Origin: the human T2T-CHM13v2.0 reference genome, Homo sapiens
Length of the DNA: 64,000 bases
Direction: 5' to 3' (one strand)
Assembly (NCBI RefSeq): GCF_009914755.1
Contig: NC_060926.1
Shown here: piece by piece, positions 1 to 11,579 of the stretch
How the letters are laid out: each line of letters begins with the position of its first letter
Position numbering within the stretch: the stretch's first letter is position 1
The notes under the pieces: generated by a model
What the model was told of the DNA's origin: nothing
What the model saw: the letters and a program-made list of their open reading frames with translations, nothing else
Databases searched by the model: none
Made by a program: the position numbers and the translations under genes

Positions 1-689
1 AGAAAGAAAGAACTGGAAGCATTTTCTTTTGGAAAACATTTTTATAGCCTAATGTACTATAGTTTTGAGGAGGGTTTGGATCAGTGATGACCATCATAGG
101 GTGAACAACTTGTTCAGAGTATTTGCAGTAAAATAGGCCCAATAGATTGTGAAATTGTAGCTTATTGTATATTAACATGTATCCTCTAAATTGAAGTTAT
201 AATGGAAAAAAATGGGGAGAGAAAGAAAAAAAAAGAATGGAAGCAAAACAGAAACAAGAAAGAAAAGAAGGTAATAACTCAGCAGATCTAGCTATTGGAA
301 ACCAGGTCGAACACAGGTTAAATCTCTAACCTTAGGGTTTTGGGGTTTTTTTAGCCTCTTCATTTAGAGCACACCTAAACTTAGGTTTTTTATTTTTTAT
401 TTCTTTAAGTAGAATTATCTGTCAAAACAGACACAAGACCCTATTTCAGAGACACAAGAAATACCAAAACCAGTCTTCTTAATTTGAAACCATTTTCCCC
501 TCAATGCTTAAGAGAAAACTTATATCAGGTCCATTTTTCTTAGTAGAGTTATATTGTAAAACTTTTCTTGACCCCCAAGTTCAACCCCTAATATACCAAA
601 TTCCAGCCAGGTGCTTCTTCCTTGCATGCTCTGTCACAGTCTTTATCACAATTGCATATTAGTAATTGTTTACTTGCCAGAATTTTTCC

Positions 690-800
690 TGAATTGCAAG
701 CTCTCGGAAGGGGCCATTCTATTTTGTTCATCATTGAATGCCCTAGGTTCAGTATTTGGGCATAGTGGATGCTCAATCAATATTTACTGAATAAATGAAT
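690..800 (+). mobile_element. L2 3' end fragment
   Basis: Ends in gcatagtggatgctcaatcaatatttactgaataaatgaat, the typical L2 terminus. Confidence 0.6.
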
Positions 801-811
801 TGTACTATCCT

Positions 812-1140
812 TTCTTTCTTTCTTTTCTTTTCTTTTTTAAATAGAGACAAGGTCTCACTCTGCTGCCTAGGCTGGAGTGCAGTAGCGTGATCATAGCTCA
901 CTGCAGCCTTGAACTCCTGGGCTCAAGTGATCCTCCCACCTCAGCCTTTGGAATAGCTGAGGGTACAGGCATGCACCACCATGCCCACTAATTTTTATTT
1001 ATTTATTTATTTATTTTTTGTGGTAGAGACGGGGTCTAGCTATGTTGACCAGGCTGGTCTTGAACTCCAGGCTTCAAGCACTTCTCTCCCTCAGCCTCCC
1101 AAAGTGCTGGGATTATAGATGTGTGCTATCGTGGCTGGCC
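812..1140 (-). mobile_element. Alu (AluJ-like)
   Basis: Dimeric Alu reverse complement with T-rich tail and gatcatagctcactgcagccttgaactcctgggctcaag. Confidence 0.95.
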
Positions 1141-2230
1141 CTATTCTTTTTTACTTTATGTCTACAGGAACCTGTCTGGAAACAATGTGCACTCATTGAA
1201 AACTTGACTCCAACAATAAATTCTGAATTTGGCAACTGGTCAAAGCTCTCTAGTCCAAAGGGAATAAGACAATGGGTATTGTGACAGCTTACAGGCAACA
1301 GAGAGCTTAAGGCAGATCTCAAAAGCAGCTACAGAGGGCCTGGGCCAATTAGACAAAGGAAAAACCTGGGATTGCCATCAGGCTTTGACACTTCTCTTTC
1401 TTTTTAGTGACTGTTGGCTCATTCCTTAGCCTATGAAGCAACTCAGGGGAAGTATAAATTATGGCAAGAAACTATACTCCATCTTTCACCTGGCAACAGG
1501 CTTAGTACATCTGGCTTATTTCTGAGCTGTTGTGTGCTGCTAGATATTGTGATCTCTCTTGTTTTGGACTGTAATAACTCTGAGAGTTTTTCTTTCTCTT
1601 TGGGAACAGTTTGGTAGCAATCATTTAAACTAGGCACTGTATTTAATTTATTGGGAACGAAAGTTGTGCCCACAGAGGAAAGGAGTGAAAAGAAGTTAAG
1701 CGATGCTCTGAACCAGGGACAAAATCCGTATTATTACATAATGCCGCCCCAGTCCCAGTGAAGTTGATAATTCTGATCACTAATAGTGGACATGCACATT
1801 ATGGAGCTTTATTATTTAATTTTGAATTTTGTTTTTGCAGTGGGGATAGACTTGTGCCAGTTAATTAGTGTTCTCTTTTCTAATTCCCTTGTGAGACTTG
1901 GCATGCAGCTGAGAGGCAGTCCTTCCTAACCATGAGATAGAAAATGAGTTATCAGCACCTACGTGCATTGAGTACTTCTCTCAGCTTCTGTCATTCATTC
2001 ATTCAACAAATATTCATTGAGCACCTATTATGGGGCCAGACATTATTCTAAGTGCTGGGGAAACAACAGTATGTAAAGTAGACATGATGTTCTAGTTGCG
2101 GAAGATAGACAATACACATAATAAATAAGTAAATTATACATGTTCAGAGGTGATTAATGGTATACAAAAGGAAAATCAGGGTAATGGGCATGAGGAGTGT
2201 AAGTGGGCAAGGTGGGGAATTGCAATTTTA

Positions 2231-2532
2231 TCTATTAGTTATTATTATTTTTTATGGAGTCTCAGTCTGTTGCCCAGATTGGAGTGGAGTGGTACGATCT
2301 CTGCTCACTGCAACTTCCATCTCCCAGGTTCAAGCGATTCTCAAGCCTCAAACTCCTGATAGATGGGACTACAGGCACCCGCCACCACACCCGGCTAATT
2401 TTTGTATTTTTAGTAGAGACAGGATTTCACCATGTTGGCCAGGCTGGTCTTGAACCACTGACCTCCAGTGATCTGTCCACCTCGGCCTTCCAAAGTGCTG
2501 GGGATTAAAGGCGTGAGCCACCACGCCCAGCC
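2231..2532 (-). mobile_element. Alu (AluS-like)
   Basis: Full Alu with 15-bp TSD ggaatt(g/a)caatttta at 2216-2230 and 2534-2548. Confidence 0.95.
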
Positions 2533-2921
2533 AGGAATTACAATTTTAAATGAGCAAGTCGATGTAGGCCTTATTGAAAGCTGACATTTGAGCAAAGGCT
2601 TGAAAGTGATAAGGAAGTCAATTCTGCCAGTATCTGGAAGAAGAGATTCCAGTCATATAGAGACCCCGAGGTGGGACCATGGCCAGCATGTCTGAGGAAC
2701 AACAAGGAGGCTGTGTGGCTGTAGTAGAGAGAGCAGGGGGAGAATAGGAGAGGACATCAGCAAAATGATGAAGGCTCAGATGGTACTGGGACATGGAAGC
2801 CCCTCTCAGGGTTTTTTCTGAAGGTGAAATGGAGAGCCCTGGAAGTCTGTGGGCAGACGAGTGACCTGATCTGATATGTGTTTCAAAGTCTGGCCACTGC
2901 AGTGAGAATGATCCATAGGGA

Positions 2922-3235
2922 GTGTGGTGGAGATGGCCAGCAGACTGCCAAAATCCACCCTCCTTCCTCCACAGTGGAGAGTTGTCAGTGGAAGCAGCTG
3001 GCTAACCAGGGACCACATTTCCTGTCCTCCTCTGCATGCAGGTGTGGTCATGTGACTAGAAGACAGTAGAGTGGCCATTGGCTGAGAAAGGAATGAGTGT
3101 GTGGTGGAGAGCTGCTTTGCAGACCTAAACCCAGCCCAGACTGTTACATAAGAAAGGAATAAATTTCTTGTTCTTGAAAATACTGAGATTTGGAGGTACT
3201 TTTGTTGTGGAAATCTAGCCTACCCTAACTAAGAC
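2922..3235. mobile_element. MLT1-type MaLR LTR fragment
   Basis: Starts tgtggtgg and ends with the MLT1-like terminus tagcctaccctaactaagaca. Confidence 0.5.
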
Positions 3236-3538
3236 AAAGGCCAAGAGTGAAATTCAGAAGATTAATGGGGAGGCTGTTGTAATAGTCTAGGTAAGAAATG
3301 GTGGTGGCCTGGAAAAAGGCATTAGCAGTGGAGTAACACAAAATAAAGAGGCTGGACCATGAATATATTTTGAAGGTAGAGCCCATAGACTTTCATGACA
3401 AAAAAGGAGAGCTGTTTGACTTTATGGTTTTTGTGCTGATACCTTATAAGGCTGAGGAAGTGAGGTGATGGAACAGGCTTGAAAGGGTCTACTTGGAGTG
3501 AGGTTTGGGTTGTGTGCTTTTTAAAAAACGTATAAAGA

Positions 3539-3838
<300 letters not shown>

Positions 3839-3839
3839 T

Positions 3840-4000
3840 TATAAAGAAATGAGTTTTAATTGGCTAACAGTTCTGCAGGCTGTACAGGAAGCATGGCACT
3901 GACATCTGCTCAGCTTCTGGGGAGGCCTCAGGAAGCTTCCAGTCATGGCAGAAGGTGAAGGGGGAGCAGGCATCTCACTTGAGCAGAACAGGTGCAAGAG
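3840..4000. mobile_element. MST-type MaLR LTR fragment
   Basis: cagttctgcaggctgtacaggaagcatggc...ggggaggcctcaggaagctt...catggcagaaggtgaagggg matches the recalled MST consensus. Confidence 0.75.
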
Positions 4001-4611
4001 TGGGGTGTGTTAAATTTGAGATGTTAATTCATCTCCAAGTGAAGATGTTGAATAGATACATGGATATATACATTTGTAGTTTAGGAAGATGTCTTCCCAG
4101 GGATGTTAATTTGGAGTGAGTAATGCATGGATTATATTTAAAATCATGGAATTAGATTGGGACTACTGTGGGGATGAGTAAAGTTACAAAATAGGTCAAA
4201 AGATTGAGGCCTAGATGACTTCATCTTTAAGAGGTTGGGAAAATAGGGAGAAACCAGCAAAAGTGACTGAATGGGAGCAACCAGTGAGAAAGAATGAAAA
4301 CCAAGCGAGTGGTGTGCTGGGAAACACTGACCTGTTGTACTTAGATGTTCAGGGCCTGCAGCCCAGAGGAAGACTGGAATGGTTCTTTGCCTTTTAGAAG
4401 CAGGAGAAATACATATAAACTAGAGACATTATGATGAGAGCAACCCTGGAGGCATAACAGAGGGCCAGGAAAGAGATTTTTATAGCTGAGAATACCCTGG
4501 CAGCAGAAATGGTAAGTTGGGAAATATTTGGATTCTATTTTTTGATAGGGAGGAGAGAAATATATTTTTTGAGCAATGGTGATAATCATTTCTATTTTAG
4601 AGAAGGAACTG

Positions 4612-4996
<385 letters not shown>

Positions 4997-5308
4997 TTAC
5001 AAGACCAGTAAACCAATCTGGAGATGAGTCAGTCCTCTTAAGTGGCCTTGGGATCAGTGCCCCAGTGACTTTAATCAAGCTGGGATCAAGGGGCTGACTC
5101 TGAATATAAACTTTCTCTCCAAACCTGGTCCTTTACTTGTGTCTTCAGTCTCAGCAAGGACATTATTATCTACTCAGTTGCTCATGCCAGAATCTGCTAG
5201 TTATTTTTAACACCTTCCTCCCCTTCACCCCATGTCCAGTCATTCACCAATTGCTGACGATTTTGGCCTCCTAAATATCTCTCAAATTTGTCTGCTCCCC
5301 TCCACAGC

Positions 5309-5686
5309 TGATATGGTTTGGCTCCATGTCCCTATCCAAATCTCATCTTGAATTGTAATTCCCACATGTTGAGAGAGGGACCTGTAATCCCACATGTCAA
5401 GGGAGGGAGGTGATGGGGCGCTTTCCCTCATGCTGTTCTTGTGATAGTGAATGAGTTCTCATGAGATCTGATGGTTTTATAAGTGTTTGGAAGTTCCTCC
5501 CTCACTTCTCTCTCTCCTGCCACATTGTAAAGAAGGCGCTTGCTTCCCCTTCACTTTCTGCCGTGATTGTAAGTTTCCCAAGGCCTCCCCTGCCATGTGG
5601 AACTGTGAGTCATTTAAACCCCTTTTCTGCATAAATTACCCAATCTCAGGTATTTCTTTATAGCAGTGTGAAAACAGACTAATACA
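5309..5686 (+). mobile_element. THE1/MSTA-type solo LTR inserted in an L2 fragment
   Basis: Termini tgatatggtttggct...aacagactaataca and a perfect 5-bp TSD ACAGC (5304-5308, 5687-5691). Confidence 0.92.
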
Positions 5687-6722
5687 ACAGCTCTACTCAC
5701 CTAAGCCACTCCAATAGGTTCCTGACTGGCCTCTTCAAAACAGTCCCTGAAGCCCTCCTCTAGTCATAGACCACAATGGAGGCAGTGGGAGCTTTTAAAA
5801 TAGAAATCTTATCATCTCACTTCCATATTTTCCCTTTCTCCTGGATTAAAATCCTGAGGCTGGCCTTCAAGGCTCTGCATGTTCTGATTTCTACATACTT
5901 CACCAGCTGTGCACAAAGAAATATCATTTGCTGAATGAGTGAATAAACCAGTAGACTAAGACACAGCCTCACTTTGGGTAAGTCACATAAATATTCTAAG
6001 CCTCATTTTCCTCATTTGTAAAATGAAAATTATTATTTTCCTCACTGGGATTTGCTAAGTTAAACAATAAGATACCACATTAATAAAATGTGAGTGTTTA
6101 GCATTGCATACTATAATTGATCATTGCAAATATGCCAAATCAGCACTTAGCACAGAACAGAACCTGATAAATGCACCCGATACATGTTGTATTGTTCATG
6201 ATAAATCAGCACTTTGGGGTTCTAATGATCTTAGGTGACTTTTTGTTTCTATCAAATTACCTCCAAAATTCCATACCACCTCATTCGATGCTGAACAGAC
6301 AGCTGCACGTGGCTATTTTCAGCATCGTATTGCTGCTCAAAAAAATCTTCGTTGTCTCCAATGCCTGTGAAATCCAGTTTAAATTCCTGTTTTGCATTCA
6401 CATTTCCAATTTTGTTCAACATACATCCTATGCTCCTGAGAAATCAACCTCAAACAAAATTTACAGGGTTTCTACAAAATTCCAGGAGCTGTGTTAAGTG
6501 CTGGATATTTAAATTTAACCACTGAAGACTTGTATGATGTAGTTTCACCACTGAAGTGCTATTTCATTTAAAGAAACAGAGTCTAAGTAGGCCAAAATAT
6601 CATAAAAAAGGAATTTCACTCTTTAGTAAAGTCTCTCAAAGGATATCAACAGGAATCGTGGCCCTAGAAACACAGCCCAGCACCTGTGGCAGCCATAGAG
6701 ATACACTGCTAAGATCTCCCTT

Positions 6723-7278
6723 TGAGAAGTGAAGCCAGCTGGATTTCCTGGGTCAAGGCGGGGACTTGGAGAACTTTTCTTACAAGAGGTTTGTAAAATG
6801 CACCAATCAGTGCTCTGTAAAAATGCACCAATCGGCGCTTTGTAACTAGCTAGAGGTTTGTAAAATGCACCAATCAGTGCTCTGTAAAAACACCAATTAG
6901 CGCTCTGTAGCTAGCTGGAGGTTTGTAAAATGGACCAATCAGCACACTGTAAAATGGACCAATCAGTGCTCTGTAAAATGGACCAATCAGCACTCTGTAA
7001 AATGGACCAATCAGCAGGACATGGGCGGGGACAAATAAGGGAATAAAAGCTGGCCACCCCAGCCTGCAGCAGCAACCTGCTTGGGCCACTTTTTACGCTG
7101 TGGAAGCTTTGTTCTTTTGCTCTTCACAATAAATCTTGCTGCTGCTCACTGTCTGCTGCTCACAATAAATCAGCTGTGCCACCTTTAAGAGCTGTAACAT
7201 TCACTGCAAAGGTCTGCAGCTTCATTCTTGAAGTCGGTGAGACCAGGAACACACCAGAAAGAACCAACTCCGGACACA
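6723..7278 (+). mobile_element. LTR12-family (ERV9) solo LTR, LTR12F-like
   Basis: tgagaagtgaagccagctgg...ccggacaca; eight CCAAT repeats (about 6803-7011), GC box at 7021-7030, TATA-like aataaaag near 7042, poly(A) signal at 7128. Confidence 0.93.
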
Positions 7279-7297
7279 TCTTGATCTAAATCCATTT

Positions 7298-7342
7298 ATG
7301 TGTCTATCTATCTATATATCTACCTATCTGCTATCTATCATG
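7298..7342. repeat. Degenerate (TCTA)n microsatellite
   Basis: tctatctatctatatatctacctatctgctatctatc. Confidence 0.7.
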
Positions 7343-7949
7343 ATCCAAATAAGATTACTATTATTAGACAACTAAAATGAACTTAATCACATACCATCTG
7401 TCTTTGATATCATCTTTAAAAATCACACCTAATTTTTTAGGAAGAGAATAACATATGCACTACTGTTTTATATAACAATTTTTAGGAATATAAGCACTTT
7501 TTGTATGGTTGAGCTCATTCATAAGAAGTATTTAAGCTTGTTTTGAAACAATAATACCCATGTAAACTAACAATATATTATATAGTAATATGTAGAAGTT
7601 GTAAGAGAAACATACAATTTAATGAACTCTATTTCCTGCCTCCTTCCCAAATATATTTTATTTGATTTTAATTGGAATCAGGCCAATTACTAATGAGGTT
7701 GAATATCTTTTTATATGTTTATTGTCTATATTGTTTCTTCTCTGTAAAATACTAATTCCTGTCTTTCCTCATTTTCCTATGAAATTATCATTTATTTATT
7801 TAAGAAGTTTTTTTTTTTAAAAAAACATATTCTGGATTATACTCCTTTGTTGTTAAATGCATCACAAATCCTTCTCTGAATATGTGTCCTATCTTTTTAC
7901 ATTTTTAGGGCATCCTCCAAGTTTTCCTGGGAATATTAGAAGAGGGAAG

Positions 7950-8990
7950 TTAGAAGGATGAACTATAGCTCCTGTTTCTGTAATTGGTCTCAGGGTCACA
8001 CTTCATACTCATCCTCTTTTTCCCCATTATCCATTCTAAATCCCTACCCCCCAACTTCAGCTATCACCTCATCAAGGCATGGTGGATTACATGGTGGTGT
8101 TTCCCAAACCTTCATTCCGAGGGGTCTGAGCGCTTGGTTTATCATATCTTTCTCAGGCTGGGGTTGCTATAAATGTCCACAGTTACAGCTGGGCAAGAGA
8201 ATAGCAGGAGGTGTCCAGGTGGATCATTTGGGTTCACACATATTCCTCTCTGCCTGCATTGTGTAAAATCAGCCTGACCTTCTCTTGCTAATGGGAGTCA
8301 ATTGCCCCGACAAGATGGGGACTCCTCTTCTTGCCTGCTGCCCACTGAACACAAAGACTTCCAAGTGAGGTGGCAGCAGCCATAGATTGCAGTTCAGTGG
8401 AAGCCTTACCAAGTCCCCCTGCACAGGGATCCCCTTTTGGGAGCAAGGACCTCCTACCCTGCAAAGTCCAGAATTGTGGGGACAAGAAGCACATAATCCC
8501 ACAGTGGGTCAATTAAGAATGATGGCAATTGGGACTACTTTTGCTTTCACCCTTGGTTTCCAGACACATATATTTTTCCTTGAGAGGACACACTGCCATA
8601 GAGTTCTCTATTTAAAACATGTAGGACAGGATAGCACCTATCCTTGCAGAGTATGACCTCTGAGCATTCCAGCTAATCCTTCAGTAGGCTGTTGCAGTCT
8701 TTTGTGAAGCAGCTCCTTCTGGATTGTGCCAGAAGTATGTGATATGTATGGATGGATGTGTGTGATCCCACTCCCATACCTCCTGCACTGTGTAGTAAGA
8801 GCCCTGGTCAGATGCTCTTTGTGTGGGATCCCAGAGCACCAATGTTGAAATCCTTAGCAATTAGGTTAACTACCTTGTGCCAGGGATTATTGTGCCTGAT
8901 GTTTCCCTCATGACTGTGTTCTCCTTGCCAGCTGGGTGGTGTGTGAACCAGTCCCAAGCCCCATCTTACTGACTGTTGTCTTGGACCACT
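7950..8990 (-). mobile_element. ERVL-class internal fragment (pol C-terminus/dUTPase relic)
   Basis: The minus-strand peptide GDLVRLPLNCNLWLLPPHLEVFVFSGQQARRGVPILSG resembles recalled ERVL GDTTMIPLNWKLRLPPGHFGLLLPLSQQAKKGVTVLAG; frameshifted. Confidence 0.7.
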
Positions 8991-9002
8991 CTTGGTAGCA
9001 CT

Positions 9003-9341
9003 TGTGTTAGTTTGCATCCTCTAAGGAGCAGACCCCAACGTGGGATTTGATATGCAAGAGGCATTCAAAATGCCTATAAAGGATAAAGGAGGAGGGAGCA
9101 GGAAGAGGCAGAAGAGTCTTTAGACCATTTGCAGGTCTAATATCTGGGAAAGGAGAGAAGGAAGGAAGATAGGGAGAAAATTAGCCTCAGTGCACTCCCC
9201 CTAGCACCTGTACCTAGGCCATTCACTGGCTGAGTGCAACCCAGAGTAAGCTTGACCTCAGTGTGAACACTGTGTTGAATCCCACATGGCAGCCAGAGGC
9301 TGTCAGTCAACTATCTTCCCCACAGCATCTTCTGCTGAAGG
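9003..9341. mobile_element. LTR16-like ERVL LTR, cut off by the LTR12 insertion
   Basis: tgtgttagtttgcatcctctaaggagcagacccc...aaggataaaggaggagggagcagg resembles LTR16 and abuts the ERVL internal sequence. Confidence 0.55.
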
Positions 9342-11541
9342 TGTGTCCAGAGTTGGTTCCTTCCAGTGGGTTCATGGTCTCGCTGACTTCAAGAACGAAG
9401 CCACAGACCTTCATGGTGAGTGTTACAGCTCTTAAAGGTGGCCCGGACCCAAAGAGTGAGCAGCAGCAAGATTTATTTTGAAGAGTGACAGAACAAAGCT
9501 TCCACAGCATGGAAAGGGACCCGAGTGTGTTGCCACTGCTGGCTAGAGTGGCCAGCTTTTATTCCTGTATTTGTCCCCACCCATGTCCTGCTGATTGGTC
9601 CATTTTACAGAGCGCTGATTGGTCCATTTTACAGAGTGCCGATTGGTCCATTTTACAGTGTGCTGATTGGTCCATTTTACAAACCTCTAGCTAGCTACAG
9701 AGCACCGATTGGTGCATTTTTACAGAGCACTGATTGGAGCATTTTACAAACCTCTTGTAAGAAAAGTTCTCCAAGTCCCCTCTTCAAGGAGAACTACAAA
9801 CCACTGCTCAAGGAAATAAAACAGGACACAAACAAATGGAAGAATATTCCATGCTCATGGATAGGAAGACTCAATATCGTGAAAATGGCCATATTGCCCA
9901 AAGTAATTTATAGATTTAATGCCATCCCTATCAAGCTACCAATGACTTTCTTCACAGAATTGGAAAAAACTACTTTAAAGTTCATATGGAAACAAAAAAG
10001 ACCTTGCAGTGCCAAGACAATCCTAAGCAAAAAGAACAAAGCTGGAGGGATCATGCTACCTGATTTCAAACTACACTACAAGGCCACAGTAACCAAAACA
10101 GCATGGTACTGGTACCAAAACAGAGATATAGACCAATGGAACAGAACAGAGGCCTCAGAAAAAATACCACACATCTACAACCCTCTGATCTTTGACAAAC
10201 CTGACAAAAACAAGAAATGGGCAAAAGATTCTCTACTTCATAAATGGTGCTGGGAAAACTGGCTAGCCATATGTAGAAAGCTGAAACTGGATCCCTTCCT
10301 TACAACTTATATAAAAATTAATTCAAGATGGATTAAAGACTTAAATGTTAGACCTAAAACCATAAAAACCCTAGAAGAAAACCTGGACAATACCATTCAG
10401 GACATAGGCATGGGCAAGGACTTCATGTCTAAAACACCAAAAGCAATGGCAACAAAAGCCAAAATAGAGAAATGGGGTCTAATTAAACTAAAGAGCTTCT
10501 GCACAGCAAAAGAAACTACCTTCAGAGTGAACAGGCAACCTACAGAATGGGAGAAAATTTTTGCAATCTACCCATCTGACAAAGGGCTAATATCCAGAAT
10601 CTACAAAGAATTCAAACAAATTTACAAGAAAAAAACAAACAACCGCATCAAAAAGTGGGCAAAGGATATGAAAAGACACTTCTCAAAAGAAGACATCTAT
10701 GCAGCCAACAGACACATGAAAAAATGCTCATCGTCACTGATCACCAGAGAAATGCAAATCAAAACCACAATGAGATACCATCTCACACCAGTTAGAATGG
10801 CAATCATCAAAAAGTCAGGAAACAACAGATGCAGGAGAGAATGTAGAGAAATTGGAACACTTTTACACTGTTGGTGGGAGTGTAAATTAGTTCAACCATT
10901 GTGGAAGACAGTGTGGCGATTCCTCAGGGATCTAGAACTAGAATTACCACTTGACCCAGCAATCCCATTACTGGGTATATACCCAAAGGGTTATAAATCA
11001 TGCTACTATAAAGACACATGCACATGTTTGTTTATTGCGGCACTGTTCACAATAGCAAAGACTTGGAACCAACCCAAATGTCCATCAATGATAGACTGGA
11101 TTAAGAAAATGTGGCACATATACACCATGGAATACTACGCAGCCACGAAAAAGGATGAGTTCATGTCCTTTGCAGGGACATGGATGAAGCTGGAAACCAT
11201 CATTCTCAGCAAACTGTCACAAGGACAAAAAACCAAACAGTGCATGTTCTCACTCATAGATGGGAATTGAACAATGAGATCACTTGGACACAGGGTGGGG
11301 AACATCACACACTGGGGCCTGTTGGGGGGGTGGGGAGCTGGGGGAGGGATAGGAGAAATCCTTAATGTAAATGATGAGTTGATGGGTACAGCAAACCAAG
11401 ATGGCACATGTATACCTAGGTATCAAACCTGCACGTTGTGCACATGTACCCTAGATCTTAAAGTATAATAATAAAAATAAATAAATAAAAGTTCTCCAAG
11501 TCCCCACTCAACCCAGGAAGTCCAGCTGGCTTCACCTCTCA
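9342..11541 (-). mobile_element. Second LTR12-family solo LTR, split by an L1 insertion (parts 9342-9780 and about 11487-11541)
   Basis: Reverse complement of the 6723-7278 element: starts tgtgtccagagttgg, has six ATTGG repeats, and ends ccagctggcttcacctctca. Confidence 0.93.
9781..11490 (+). mobile_element. 5'-truncated primate L1 (L1PA5/6-like): ORF2 C-terminus, 3'UTR and A-rich tail
   Basis: Translates [14 protein letters not shown]...FSLIDGN, followed by a G-rich 3'UTR and aataaa tail. 19-bp duplication aaaagttctccaagtcccc at 9762-9780 and 11487-11505. Confidence 0.97.
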
Positions 11542-11579
11542 AAAAGACACTGGTGAAGTTACCCTTGGTTTTTCTGTTT

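Noticed and set aside
6286-6327. Perfect 10-bp inverted repeat cgatgctgaa/ttcagcatcg around a CACGTG, resembling a small-RNA hairpin
   Set aside because: About 1-2 such stems with spacers up to 30 nt are expected by chance in 64 kb, and the stem is too short for a pre-miRNA.
6795-7015. Regularly spaced 24-bp repeats superficially like a CRISPR array
   Set aside because: There are no unique spacers. This is the CCAAT tandem array of the LTR12 U3 region in primate DNA.
6723-11541. The two LTR12s as ends of one provirus
   Set aside because: They are inverted rather than direct, and the sequence between them is L1M/ERVL-derived, not ERV9 internal sequence.
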